NCBI GenBank assembly: GCA_951406725.2
Contig: OX597824.1
Location: forward strand, 65,968,001-66,032,000
Origin: Octopus vulgaris
Lineage: Eukaryota
Length of the DNA: 64,000 bases
Direction: 5' to 3'
Shown here: one piece after another, positions 1 to 11,487 of the stretch
How positions within the stretch are numbered: the first letter of the stretch is position 1
How the letters are laid out: every line of letters starts with the position of its first letter
Program-made: the position numbers and the translations under genes
Notes under the pieces: model-generated
What the model was told of the DNA's origin: nothing
Seen by the model: the letters and a program-made list of their open reading frames with translations, nothing else
The model's database searches: none

Positions 1-282
1 TTATGTTGTCTGCTGTAAGGGATGAAGGAGAGAGATATATTGATAATATTGATATAGTGATATCATTGGAGAGAAATTTTGTTTGAAATTATATCAGTAA
101 TCAGTGCAGGAAGAGTATTTAAGAGTCAGTATTGAAAGATTTTAATCATCACAACCATCATCACCATCATTGTTTTAACAGCCACTGTTCCTTGTTTGCA
201 TGGGTCAGATGGAAATTGTATGGTCAGATGGAAATTTTCTATGGCTGGATGCCCTTCCTGTTGCCAGCCCTTTGTTATATAT

Positions 283-605
283 ATTACTGATGAAGGTTAT
301 CCCCCACTCCCATCAACAATCAATTTCCAGCTGGAAATTGATTGCTGATAGGAGTGGGGGATAACCCCCTACCTTTTACCCTTATGGCTGACAGATGGCA
401 TAGCTGAAGGAGGACGACACAGCTGGAAGCCGATGACCAGCACCAAAAGGACATAACCCCTATTGTTTATATCTATTGTTACCCCCCCGCCATATTTTAA
501 AGAGGCCATAGGCCAACAGGTCTTAGGGTTTGAAGATACACCATTAAGGTACCCTTTATGGTGAGAAACCTAGGGTAACCCTATAAATCTGCCTTCACCA
601 GTAAT
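283..605. mobile_element. Penelope-like (PLE) pseudo-LTR-derived element with inverted ends and an internal palindrome
   Basis: Ends TATTACTGATGAAGG (~282-296) and CCTTCACCAGTAATA (~592-606) are inverted repeats. A 72-bp palindrome lies at 295-366 and a hammerhead fold at 524-583. (TA)n lies at the left edge and ~65 bp beyond the right end. Confidence 0.55.
524..583 (+). ncRNA. Minimal type I hammerhead ribozyme-like motif (C3U core variant)
   Basis: Stem I TAGGGT(524-529)/ACCCTA(578-583); core TTGAAGA(530-536); stem II 537-564; GAAA 565-568; palindromic CCTAGG stem III; GTA triplet 575-577. Confidence 0.65.
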
Positions 606-935
606 AAATATAGACTGCTCTACTTCTTAGAGTGTGCTTCTCTGGATTTATGTTTTTCTAACGAAAAATTATATATATATATAGTAATATGTAAAGGTAA
701 GATCCAAGCATCAAGGTGTAGGAAGGAAGTTAGTAAGCTTTGAGCTGTGTATAGAAGGTATAGAAAACAACTTTCAGGAACAATAGTGGTTCATTGACAT
801 AAAAGTTTATAAAACTTTCCCATATTGAAGTTCAATTAGCTGGAAAAAGTTATTTTATAGTTCACAGTTAGCAGCTGGGATTGCTGTGTATACAAATAAA
901 CATCCAAATTTAGGGAAAGGCGTAGATAAAATCCA

Positions 936-1019
936 GGCTACATATGTTTCATAGCTAGTGAAACCTTGGAAGTAGTAATTATCCAAATGGGGGGTAATCC
1001 ACTAGCTACTCATCAAGCC
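936..1019 (-). ncRNA. Minimal hammerhead ribozyme-like motif (C3U), structurally intact
   Basis: Minus strand reads GGC-TTGATGA-GTAGCTAGTGGA...TTCACTAGCTAT-GAAA-C-ATAT-G-TA-GCC: 12-bp stem II, palindromic stem III loop, GUA cleavage triplet. Confidence 0.7.
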
Positions 1020-1115
1020 AAAGATACCTAAGTCAAATGAAGGTTGCAAACCTCCTGCAAGTTAATATGGAATCCCTTGACAACAATGTAGCCTTCATTT
1101 GTCTAAGGTATCTTT

Positions 1116-1199
1116 GGCTTGACAAGAAGCTCGCGGATTACCCCTCATTTGGATAATTACTACTTCCGAGGTTCCACTACCTACGAAACACATGTAGCC
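1116..1199 (+). ncRNA. Degenerate hammerhead copy (core mutated to TTGACAA)
   Basis: GGC-TTGACAA-GAAGCTCGCGGA...TCCACTACCTAC-GAAA-C-ACAT-G-TA-GCC; mirror copy of 936-1019. Confidence 0.55.
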
Positions 1200-2537
1200 T
1201 GAATTTTATTTACTCCTTTCTCTAAATTTGGATATTTATATATATATATATGAGTAAGTGGACAAACGAAAGAAAGAGCACTCTCCAAATATATTTGGTG
1301 GAATGCTATTTGTAGTTTGATTGATAGTAAGAATGTAGATTGATCCGTGTGTGCATGTGTGTGTACCATTTTCTCTAATTCATAAGATTCTGTTATCAGT
1401 TTGGAAATGTGGATCATTTAAAAAGTTTCTTTTGATTCATGCATGAAGTACTGTCTAAAGTTAGATTCAATATGTCTAATTTTATTACTTAACATTTCTT
1501 GTCTCATTTAGCTGCATGAAGTCTCATCTTGCTAACTTGTATGAAATTTATTGCTCTTTTTCAAGGATTTCTTTTTTGAGAAATATATTTCTATTATGAC
1601 ATATGTATATATGAAATCTGAAGTATTTCCATGGAAAACCCCCACCAACATATGACAGTACTCCAGCATGGCCATGTGTGATGCAGTTTTAATTTTAAGA
1701 AAGTATAAAAAAATTACCCAAACTATAGAATTTACAAAATGCTTTTTTTAAAATTTATTTTGTTATCTATTTATTTTTTTGCTTTTTATATAGATTTGTT
1801 TTCATTTTCTAGCAAATGCACTATGTTGATTTGGGAATCTCACCATGAACACAGCCCTCTTTCCTATCAGAATATTTGATTATATGTAAATGGATATAAG
1901 AAGCAAAACTGATGAAACATTCTTTTATTCCCATGATGTATCCTGCCTAACATTCCCTGACTAGTTCACAGTACTCAACACACTAGAACTTTCTCTCTTC
2001 ACTTTAAATAATATATCCAGATACTGTCATTCATACAACCAATCATTGTTTTGCAGACTGTGGTGTGGTACCTCGCAAGTGTGGTACCTCCCAATTGCTT
2101 GATCAGTGGATTGCCTTTAAGTATTCAGTTGTTTGCGTCTCTACTTTTGGCCTCCTACTTGAGTGTAGAACAGTGCTACACAATACCAACTAAAAGAACA
2201 CCACACAAACAATTATGTTTGCAGAACAATTACTAATAAGAAATTCCCAGTCAATATAATGATATTTTGTCTATTGGAAACAAAAACAAACTTACTTTGA
2301 TTTACTTTCTGTTCTCTAGTTTGAATATTTACTAATATGCATTGCTATTGATGTGATTGTTGTTAAAGTTTGTGATGTGTTTCCCTTGACCCTTTAACAT
2401 TTGTTTGCCATTCTGTAATGTCCCTTGTTGGCTGTTTTGCTTTTTAGTCAGTCTTTTACTAAATGCTATGATGATACACAGAGCATGGTGCTGTTTCCAA
2501 ATTCCTCTTATTTCTCTTGCTCTTTCCACTTTGACAG

Positions 2538-2571
2538 CCGGCAGCCGCTCCTGTTGACATGAAAGCAATGA
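2538..2571 (+). CDS. Candidate 34-nt exon (PAAAPVDMKAM), probably of the aftiphilin gene
   Basis: Long pyrimidine tract ...ttctcttgctctttccactttgacAG, GC-rich body, donor A|GTATGT. Only phase 0 is open. Confidence 0.4.
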
Positions 2572-4094
2572 GTATGTATTACAGCAACCCTCTCACTGAA
2601 CCCCATCAATCTCCTGCTAACCTTTTTGATCCACACAGCTTTTAAACACTCTTTTTTTGCCATAAACATGCAATGTCTCATTGTTTGTTCCATGCTAAAC
2701 CTTTAGCTACACTCAGCGTATTTAATCTTTTTATTTACTTGAATTCATTATAACTAAAATCACTTCATCAAAATGTACATCACACATTTTTCAACATGCA
2801 ATACATAGTACTTTCTGGAAACGACAATAAAACATGTATATTGTACAATTAAAATGCATCACATCCTAGAGCACATCATATAATTCAACTTCATTCCCTT
2901 AATATATTTACAGTTTTATAATAGGCAACACTTCCTCTGTAACAACTCAACATTATTCATCACCTTAGCTACCATCCTAACTCTTTCTTAATGAGATACA
3001 ATCTCCCACATCTGAAACAGTGGACACATTCACACACATAATTGTTAGACTAGGAAGAAAACAACTACCTAATAGATAAAATCACTCTCACACACATTTG
3101 TCAGTCACTGTTTAGTTTCCTCTGAATCTGCTAACTCTATACAAGTATGTATATATATATACACTCACACACACACACACATAAATCTGCATGGTAAGTG
3201 CATAAGTATATAACATGTATATATTTAAAAGTTCCTCCTGTTTATAAATTCAGATGTGCTTTTACACACTCACACGCACACAATTGTGTGTTCACACTGG
3301 CATAAATTATAAGCAGGTGAAAAAGTACTCAATGCTTTTAGGTAGAGTGGAATAGCATTACGATCACCATCTGTTCAGAATATGACAACCTTCTGGTATT
3401 GGTGAATGAACAAAGGCAGCATAGGAAAGCCATGACTCTTTGGTCTTGCCTTGATCAAGACAAGCTCTCTAATACTGATGCGTCGATAAAATGCACCCAG
3501 TGCGCTATGTAAAATGCTTAGTAAATGAATGGAGACAACATAGTTTGGAAAGGACTCTTTGTTCTTACCAAGATCATGATAATTTCTTGAAGTAGTTGGA
3601 AAGACATACAGCCATAGAAAAAATGCCTAATATAGAACACAAGAATGACACTTTATTGACCTGTCTAGGAGGGTGCAAGCAGCGAATGAGAACTAAATCA
3701 GTTCAATAAACAGTCAGAGTAATGCTGCAGTTCTTTACAACACTAACCCACTCATCCCATGCCAGCATGGATAAGTGGATATGAAATGATGATGATGGCA
3801 TTGAATCATGGTTAAACTTCCAAAATCCAACTGAAATCTTGAAGACTTAATGCAAAATTTATTTTACAGTTTTAAATTATAAAGTTGTAATACACACAAT
3901 ATAAAATTTATCTTTCACTAAAGCACATCCTTTTAAATAACATCTGTCCAGAAAGTACTCTCTGTATTGTATACACAGTGTGATGAACATTAATAGCTGC
4001 CTAACATTAGCATACTAACAATTATTAATTCTGAAGGTAAGGCTGCTTCTTATTTCTTCTACTTATGTCATCTGTTTAATTCATATTGTACTTG

Positions 4095-4143
<49 letters not shown>

Positions 4144-4324
4144 GTGGCGCCCAGTTCTAGTATTTGTGTAACTCTTGATGCCAAAGTTTGAGACAAGTCC
4201 TTCCAGATGTATATTATGGCATATCTTACTCTAACGTGTAAAAACTGCCTATTGAAGGCAATTTTCTTTTGTGCTTAAATGTACACTATTATATATATAT
4301 ATATATATAGATATAGATATATAC

Positions 4325-5310
4325 CCTTGCAAGCTACACAGACGATATGAAAGTCTCATAGAAAATACAGAACCCCAGCGTTGTTGCACATCTGCAACAG
4401 GAGTTGGACTCAATTTACAGATGAGTTGAGGATAATAATATGCAGTTTAATGCTGAAAAATTCCAAGCCCTGCTCTACCAGCATCCAAAACTGAATATGA
4501 AACTTACAGGGTCCACTGGTCCACAGGGAATTTCAATCCCAGAGCCTAAATCAGTGAGGGACCTGGGTATCATAATGATACCTCTTTCCAAGTGCACATT
4601 ACCAGAATGGTGACAAAGTGTAGATGAGTGGCTGGATGGATCCTGAGAACATTCAGAACCAGAGATAAGAAAACGATGATGGTCCTCTGGAGGACATTTG
4701 TCCTTAGCCACCTGTATTACTATTCCCAGCTATAGTAACCCAATAGTGTGAAATTAACAGCGGACCTTGAAGCAATCCAGAGAAGATTCACAAAGAAGAT
4801 CATCTCTTTGCAACTGCTCAGCTACTGGGAAAAGCTGAAACAGCTAAGACTCTACTCCCTGGAGAGAAGGCGGGAGAGGTATGCAGTAATATACATCTGG
4901 AAGTTCCTGAAAGGAATTTCAATGCCAAAATTTGGCACTGAAAGCTACACCAATACCAAAACGGGATGACACTACATAGTGCCAAAGATCCCAGCAACAC
5001 CATCGCATTTCAGGACCAGTTACTGCAACAGCCTGGGTTTCAGTGGCCCACAGCTTTTTAATATTCTCCCAAAGAGCCTGAGGAACCTGCACAAAGTAGA
5101 TGTAGGCATTTTAAAATCAAAGCTGGACCTCTTCCTGTAAAGAGGAATCTAACTCATGGCAAGAGAGGCAAAGGAGGGTAGCTACATCAAATTCTATTCT
5201 TCACCAAGTGCCACATATTGGAGGAGGCTCTCAGTAATAACAGCATAGCAAAACGGCAGTGCATCAGCATGGCCGCAGCTCTGAGCTGAAACTACAGAAA
5301 AAATAAAAAG
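4325..5310 (+). mobile_element. 5'-truncated, decayed CR1/L2-group LINE (RT C-terminus plus 3' tail)
   Basis: YTDD-like motif at ~4335; NNMQFNAEKF; ORF 4748-4969 LEAIQRRFTK...LSYWEKLKQLRLYSLERRRER. Stops and frameshifts present. Stem-loop tail followed by an A-rich end. Confidence 0.85.
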
Positions 5311-5349
<39 letters not shown>

Positions 5350-5354
5350 GTGTG

Positions 5355-7005
5355 TACTAGCAGAGATACCTGGCATTGCCCGTGTTACATGTAATTGAAG
5401 AATTAGACTTTTCTACTATATTTTCTGTAATGAACAGGACTATCTATGATTTGAGTTTCATCAAAATTGCAGATGAGTGTTCTTTCCCTCTTTACACACC
5501 CTAAAACAATTGTAATCATGACACATGTATCTCATACTACTGATTTTTATGTGCAGATTCCAAAATTCCAGTCTTATAGAACCTGCTAAAAGGATTTTGC
5601 TCCTGAAAAATGGAGGTCATGGAGCTCTAGAATGTGGAAGTTAAGGTCCCTATTGGGGGTGGGTGTCTAAGTTGAATTGTTAAGAATCTTTTTAACTTGG
5701 GTCTTATATCTATTGTTTAGATTTCTTTGAAATAGGAAATATATGTTCACTGGGTTTGTAAAAGAGAGCAAAGCTACAGGAAACCAAAAGACGAATGATC
5801 ACAATACGCAGTCAGCTACCATACCCTAGTTGTTATACCACTCCCAATGTAGGATTCCTCATGATACAGGTGACAGATACAGCCGTAAGATGCATTACTG
5901 ATCTATAGCAATTGGAAGGGTGTGACTCAACTCAAGCATTAACAACTGTGTGACGTGAGGGCTAAGGAGAAATGAAAGTGTCACCTCTGGAGTTTGCAAA
6001 TGACCACTATACTTATATGTAACTGGACAGAATAAATTTACAATCTATAAATGTCTTTGAATAACCAATCACTTATCTGGGAAGGCCCTGAAATCAATGT
6101 TACAATCTGGAGAATATGTGTGACCCAGTGATAATAAAAAGACTGAAAGGAGGTCTGCAACCAAATAACTTTACTCAACACTTTGCAACTGAATCAGTTG
6201 GGGCATATATGCCTCTCATTTACTTGACAGTTTATGCACCACATTGCAGAAATTACAATCTAAGTATATGTCAAAGCAAACTCTTACACTGTTGTACCAT
6301 TGAATTACAAATAATGCTCATCTTTTATGCTCAACTGACCCTACAGCTTCCAAGAGTATAACTGTATTCATCTTTGCTTAGATAAAATGACTAAATTGTG
6401 GGTGTTAAGTCCCCATGAAAGGGTGTTTCTAACTTGTAAGAAGATGAAATTTTAGAAATATTATTTCATTTGTGTCTATCTATGGTTAAAATTTCATCAA
6501 CAGCAAAAATATATGAATTGTCATGGGGTTATGGCCCTTATGCATAGAATATAATTTCCATTCAGTACTTTTGACCTAGTTTTGGAGCATAAAAGAAATG
6601 ACTAAAATTTGGGAATTAAGGCCCCCATTAGGGTGTCTTAGAATCCTCATGAGAAGTGGAACTTTATGAGTACTTCTTGATGTGTGTCAATTTCCCATGG
6701 TTGAAATTTCATAAACATCGAAAATTTATGAATTTTCATGGGGGTTTTGCCCCCTTTAAACCATCTGAAATTCAAACCAAACATATTGCATTATACCCAC
6801 CCTTATGCATTGAAACTAAGTTCCAAATATCATAAGGATCCATTCAGTAATTTTGGTCCATGAAATTGTATGAAACACACAGCATTACCCTTCTCCCTAG
6901 GCTTGGATTTTGTGTTCCAAATTTCATTAGGATCGATGCAGCAGTTTTCAAATGTATAAGTAACTCATGAACACACATAAAAACATTGATTTTTATATAA
7001 TAGAT
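5355..7005 (+). mobile_element. Helentron/DINE-1-like non-autonomous element (composite)
   Basis: Starts TACTAGCAG...CCTGGCATTGCCCGTGTT and ends TTTTATATAATAGAT. Similar termini at 42132 and 60366 (-). Confidence 0.55.
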
Positions 7006-7134
7006 ATGAATATGCACATATACATACTTGTATATGTGTGTGTATTATACATACACACACACAAAGATAAATTGTTAGGTACAACTGAGTGGGCAAACAA
7101 AAATATGAGACACTGCCTAGTGCTTTTTTTTTAT

Positions 7135-7420
7135 TTTGATAAGCCTGGTACTTATTCTATCAGTTTCTTCTTGTCAAACCAGTAAGTTATGGGGATGTAA
7201 ATAAATGAACAGCAGTTGTGAGGGAGAAACACAGAGACAAAGACAAACACATACACTTCCACATATATATACGATAGATTTCTCTCAGTTTCTGTCTGCA
7301 AAATCCACTGACAAAGCTTTGGTTGGTCTGAGGCTACAGCAGAAGACACATACGAAGTCAGCACACAGTGGAACTGAACCCAGGACCATGTATTTTGGAA
7401 CCAAGTTTGTTGCCACACCT
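7135..7420 (-). mobile_element. tRNA-derived SINE (family of 11093-11487), diverged
   Basis: Reverse-complement similarity to the 11093-11487 head and core. Confidence 0.75.
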
Positions 7421-7526
7421 GTACCTACATATATATGTGTGTGTGTGTATGGGTGTATATATGTATGCATGTATATATGTGTACATATTAGATGTACATC
7501 TATATATATATATATATTTGTGCTGA

Positions 7527-7559
<33 letters not shown>

Positions 7560-8009
7560 GGACTGCAGCTGTGCTAGAGCACCACCTTTAGTCGAGCAAA
7601 TTGACCCCCCCAGGATTTATTCTATGTGATCCTAGTACTTATTCCATCAGTCTCTTTTGCCGAACCGCTAAGTTATGGGGATCTAAGCACACCAGCATCG
7701 GTTGTGAAGTGATGATAGGGGTACAAACAGAGACACACAAACATATACATGCACACACATACACACATGCACACACATACACACATGCACACACTCACAA
7801 ACACACACACAAATATATAAATATATATATGCACACACACACACACACACATATATATGAAGGGCTTCGTTCAGTGTTACATCTACTAAATTCACTCAGG
7901 TTCTGGTTGGCCCGAGGCTGTAGTAGAAGACACTTGCGCAGGGCGCCAAGCAATGAGACTGAACCCTGAACAATATGCTTGGTAAGCAAGCTACTAACCA
8001 CACAGCCAC

Positions 8010-8010
<1 letters not shown>
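7560..8010 (-). mobile_element. tRNA-derived SINE with internal (CA)n
   Basis: Reverse complement of the 11093-11487 / 13332-13763 family. Confidence 0.85.
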
Positions 8011-8040
<30 letters not shown>

Positions 8041-8114
8041 ATGTATATGTATATATATGTGTGTATGTACATACATGTGTATGTATGTATAGTATATATG
8101 TATGTATATGTATC

Positions 8115-8145
<31 letters not shown>

Positions 8146-8214
8146 CACATACATATATATATATATGTATATATATGTATATATATGTATGTATATATTA
8201 TATATGTATGTGTA

Positions 8215-8270
<56 letters not shown>

Positions 8271-8342
8271 TGTATATGTATATAATATGCATATAAACAT
8301 ATGTACACATATAACATATATATACGTACATATATATGTATA
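8011..8342. repeat. Compound (TA)n/(TG)n/(CA)n microsatellite
   Basis: Direct reading. It is the source of many spurious Y/I/C/V/H/T ORFs. Confidence 0.95.
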
Positions 8343-9401
8343 GAAATTTTGTTTGCATCCTAAGTGTTTAGAAACTTTGTGAGAACGTGAAATAATTCAT
8401 ATTTAAAAGAAGTTGATGCTATTAATGTGATAACATTGTGATAAAAATAATCATATTGCAAACATGTTGCCGTTGCATAGAGATTTTTTCCTATGCATTT
8501 CCATATGTATAACTATCTGTTCTTTGACTTCTTCATTTGTGGTGCAAAGAAATAGAATTATTTTATTTTTTGTTTATCTAATGGGTTTACAGAACGAATT
8601 TGTTTGTGGTAGTCTGTACTTTTGTGTACATTCTTTGCTTGCACATACCCCAGCCCCTCTCTACAGATCATTGAACAGTCTCAACATATCTTAAACATTC
8701 TATATACATACAGACACAAATATTTACACATGCCTACAGGTATATACATACATGTAGATACATACAGAGACCTCACCTCTTCTCTTTGGTTCTATACTTG
8801 TACATATATTGTTGGTGTTTTTATTTATTTGCTTTTGTAGTTTTCTGTTGGACCAATGTTAGGTATGTGTAGAACGACTGTGTTTGTATTGTGTAAAATT
8901 ACTGTGTTAGGGTAGTGTAGAATGAACATATAAGCATTGTGTAAAGCTACAAAGTTATCATGTTAGTGTTGTGAAGAACTGTAGTGCTAGTCTTTATGTT
9001 TATTGAACTGATGTCAGTTTTCCATACATGCATACATACACACAACACATATATTTGTGTATGTATGTATTTATGTACATATTGTTGGTTTTCTGAAAAA
9101 ATATGTCGTTGCAGGTTTGTAATTTTACATAGATCTGTGGCATTTTGTTTTATATGGATATGTGGCTTGCAAGTTTATGTTAGATCTGAGTTTTGTGTAG
9201 CTTTATGTTCAACATGGTGTTTGGAGCACAGATGTGGATTTTAATGCCAACTGTTTGTAATGTTGTTAACAGAATGGTAAAATTCTTCTTATGGTTTTTA
9301 AAATCTCTTCTAAAATTTATGAGATAAAATATTATTAGTTTCTATACACATGAAAATAACTGTATATATTGTTTTTTTTTTCATAGTTGTTTAAATGACA
9401 T

Positions 9402-9627
9402 AACCTTTTAGCATTAAGATTTCTCTGTCAAATGTAATGCTTATTTTCTCACATTGTTTTGAATTTATCATGCATTATCTCATAGCTTCAATATTTTGAT
9501 GATGTGATTGTTTATTTTTAGAATGACATTGTAGGGTAGGTGTGAGAGGCTGGATCTAGTCTGTTTGAATATGAAATAGATTGATAATCTTGGTCAGATA
9601 TGGCTGTCTTAAATGCTAAAGTGTTAA
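9402..9627 (-). mobile_element. piggyBac-type MITE (family of 47058-47277)
   Basis: Ends AACCTTTTAGCATT ... AATGCTAAAGTGTTAA. Interior is the reverse complement of 47058-47277. Confidence 0.7.
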
Positions 9628-10419
9628 TCAGTAAATTATTTTGTTATGCAGTTTTCTGCAGTTTTCTGCCTTTGTCTGTTTTTACATAGTTATATCAATC
9701 ATGTATCAGTAATGTAAACCTGTAAGAAGTTTTTCTTTTTTGTATTGAAATTACTTTTATATTAAACTATTGTTTTATCATTTTGTGAGGGACTTTTTTT
9801 TTAATGTTTTTCTGTCTGTAATGATAGCATTGGATGTCAAAGGTGGTAATATTGGTTTGTGGTATTTTATTAAACATTTTTTTCTGTTTCAAGTACTATT
9901 TGTAAAAGTGCATAGTATTGTTGTTTGTTCTATATACAGCTGGTCTTATGTTGTGTACTATTATTGGTCACTTTCCATAGAATTATTGGTTGTCCTAAGA
10001 AATGTTGAGCATTTTCGATACATTGTTTACCTACATTGTTTACCCACAAAATTGGTTGTAGTTTTGTGCAGAATTATTTGTAGGTCTTTTAAAACCATTA
10101 AATGAAATGTTTCTAGTAGTTTTGCATAGAATTGCTAGTATATTCATGAAGAAACTTTAGTGATTTCGTAGGTTTACAAACCAATAAAGTTGATCTCTGT
10201 AAATAATGGAATGTTAGTTGACTTATGTTGAATAGTTCTTAATGTGTGTGTGCATGCACTCATATCTGTATATATGTTTGTATATAAATGTGGGTGTGTG
10301 TTTATGTATGTATGCATGCATAGGAACTGAAACAGAAAATGGTTGTGAATGCCAAGTTTTTCCCCAATAAAGAACATACAATCCAATATTAGTAGTAAGT
10401 ACTAGTTAAGCATTTGATG

Positions 10420-10930
10420 AGAGGAAGGAAGAGACAGAGATTTACTGTATAAATGACTGAGGGCTACAGATAGTGTTGGTGGCTGGTGCAAGATTCCTGG
10501 TACACCAAATATGATGTAATGGTGAGACAGTGAAGTAGATAGAACCATTAAAGCAAAGAGGCAGGCTTGGAAAAATTGATAGAATTTTCCCAGTTAGAAA
10601 ATGAGCTGGCAACAAATTTACTTAGCAAGGGGAGAAGCAGATCATGAGCGGTTTACCAATGTTCTACACTGTGCAGATCTGAGGTGAGAAGTATTCTAAA
10701 TTGCAAAGCAAGGTACCAGAGAGAATCAAGACATTGTGGGTGAGAAGTGTGTATGGATGAACAATGGAGCACTTGCACTTAATGATCCTGATAAGAAAAA
10801 AGCACAGAAGTGTTACTATGAAAGGATGTCAGATGTAACCAATGGCTGGGAGAAAGATGTCCTTCCTAGCTTGAGCCAAACAAAGGTACTAGCTAAAAAT
10901 GGGATGGAATCATTGGCAGATTGACAGAGA
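10420..10930 (+). mobile_element. Decayed RTE LINE fragment
   Basis: ORF 10736-10924 (GEKCVWMNNGALALND..KK..CYYERM..V.N.WEK) matches ORF 30775-31389. Confidence 0.8.
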
Positions 10931-11092
10931 AAGCAAATTTTGTATGTGGCCGCTGTGTTTGAGCAATAAACTTTAAGAGGACATGGGAAATAGTTGTTCT
11001 CAAATGCTCAGGCAGATCCCTACAGGTGGTAGGTAGTTTCTGTTATCTAGATGGCCTAATTGGTAGTGTTGGCTGTTGTTCTCAAATATAGT

Positions 11093-11487
11093 GGTGCAGG
11101 AGTGGCTGTGTGGTAAGTAGCTTGTTTACCAACCACATGGTTCCGGGTTCAGTCCCACTGCGTGGCACCTTGGGTAAGTGTCTTCTACTATAGCCTCGGG
11201 CCAACCAAAGCCTTGTGAGTGGATTTGGTAGACGGAAACTAAAAGAAGCCTGTTGTATATATGTATATATATATGTGTGCATATATGTTTATGTTTGTCC
11301 CCCTAGCATTGCTTGACAACCGATGCTGGTGTGTTTATGTCCCCGTCACTTAGCGGTTCGGCTAAAGGGACCGATAGAATAAGTACTGGGCTTACAAAGA
11401 ATAAGTCCCAGGGTCAAGTTGCTCGATTAAAGGCGGTGCTCCAGCATGGCCGCAGTCAAATGACTGAAACAAGTAAAAGAGAGAGAG
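11093..11487 (+). mobile_element. tRNA-derived SINE (octopus OR-like), near full length
   Basis: Pol III A-box-like TGGCTGTGTGG and B-box-like GGTTCAGTCCC; core CACCTTGGGTAAGTG; tail CCAGCATGGCCGCAGTCAAATGACTGAAAC. Near-identical to 13332-13763. Confidence 0.9.

Larger units (their letters stand above)
890..1245. repeat. Long inverted repeat (~160-bp arms, 38-bp spacer), PLE pseudo-LTR-like
   Basis: Arm ~890-1048 is the reverse complement of ~1087-1245, with mainly transition differences. It ends in (TA)n. Confidence 0.9.

Noticed and set aside
287-370. CTGATGA plus giant hairpin as a hammerhead
   Set aside because: No GAAA or stem III follows the hairpin.
2057-2236. Possible exon after ttttgcAG, with one frame containing DQWIAF (WxxF-like)
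   Set aside because: No convincing donor, frames end in stops, and no recognisable aftiphilin homology.
7601-8358. Many overlapping ORFs rich in Y/I/C/V/H/T
   Set aside because: They are translations of (TA)n/(TG)n/(CA)n microsatellites and SINEs. The same applies to similar ORFs across the window.
11093-11170. tRNA-like sequence
   Set aside because: It is a SINE head with A/B boxes and no complete cloverleaf, and it is multi-copy.
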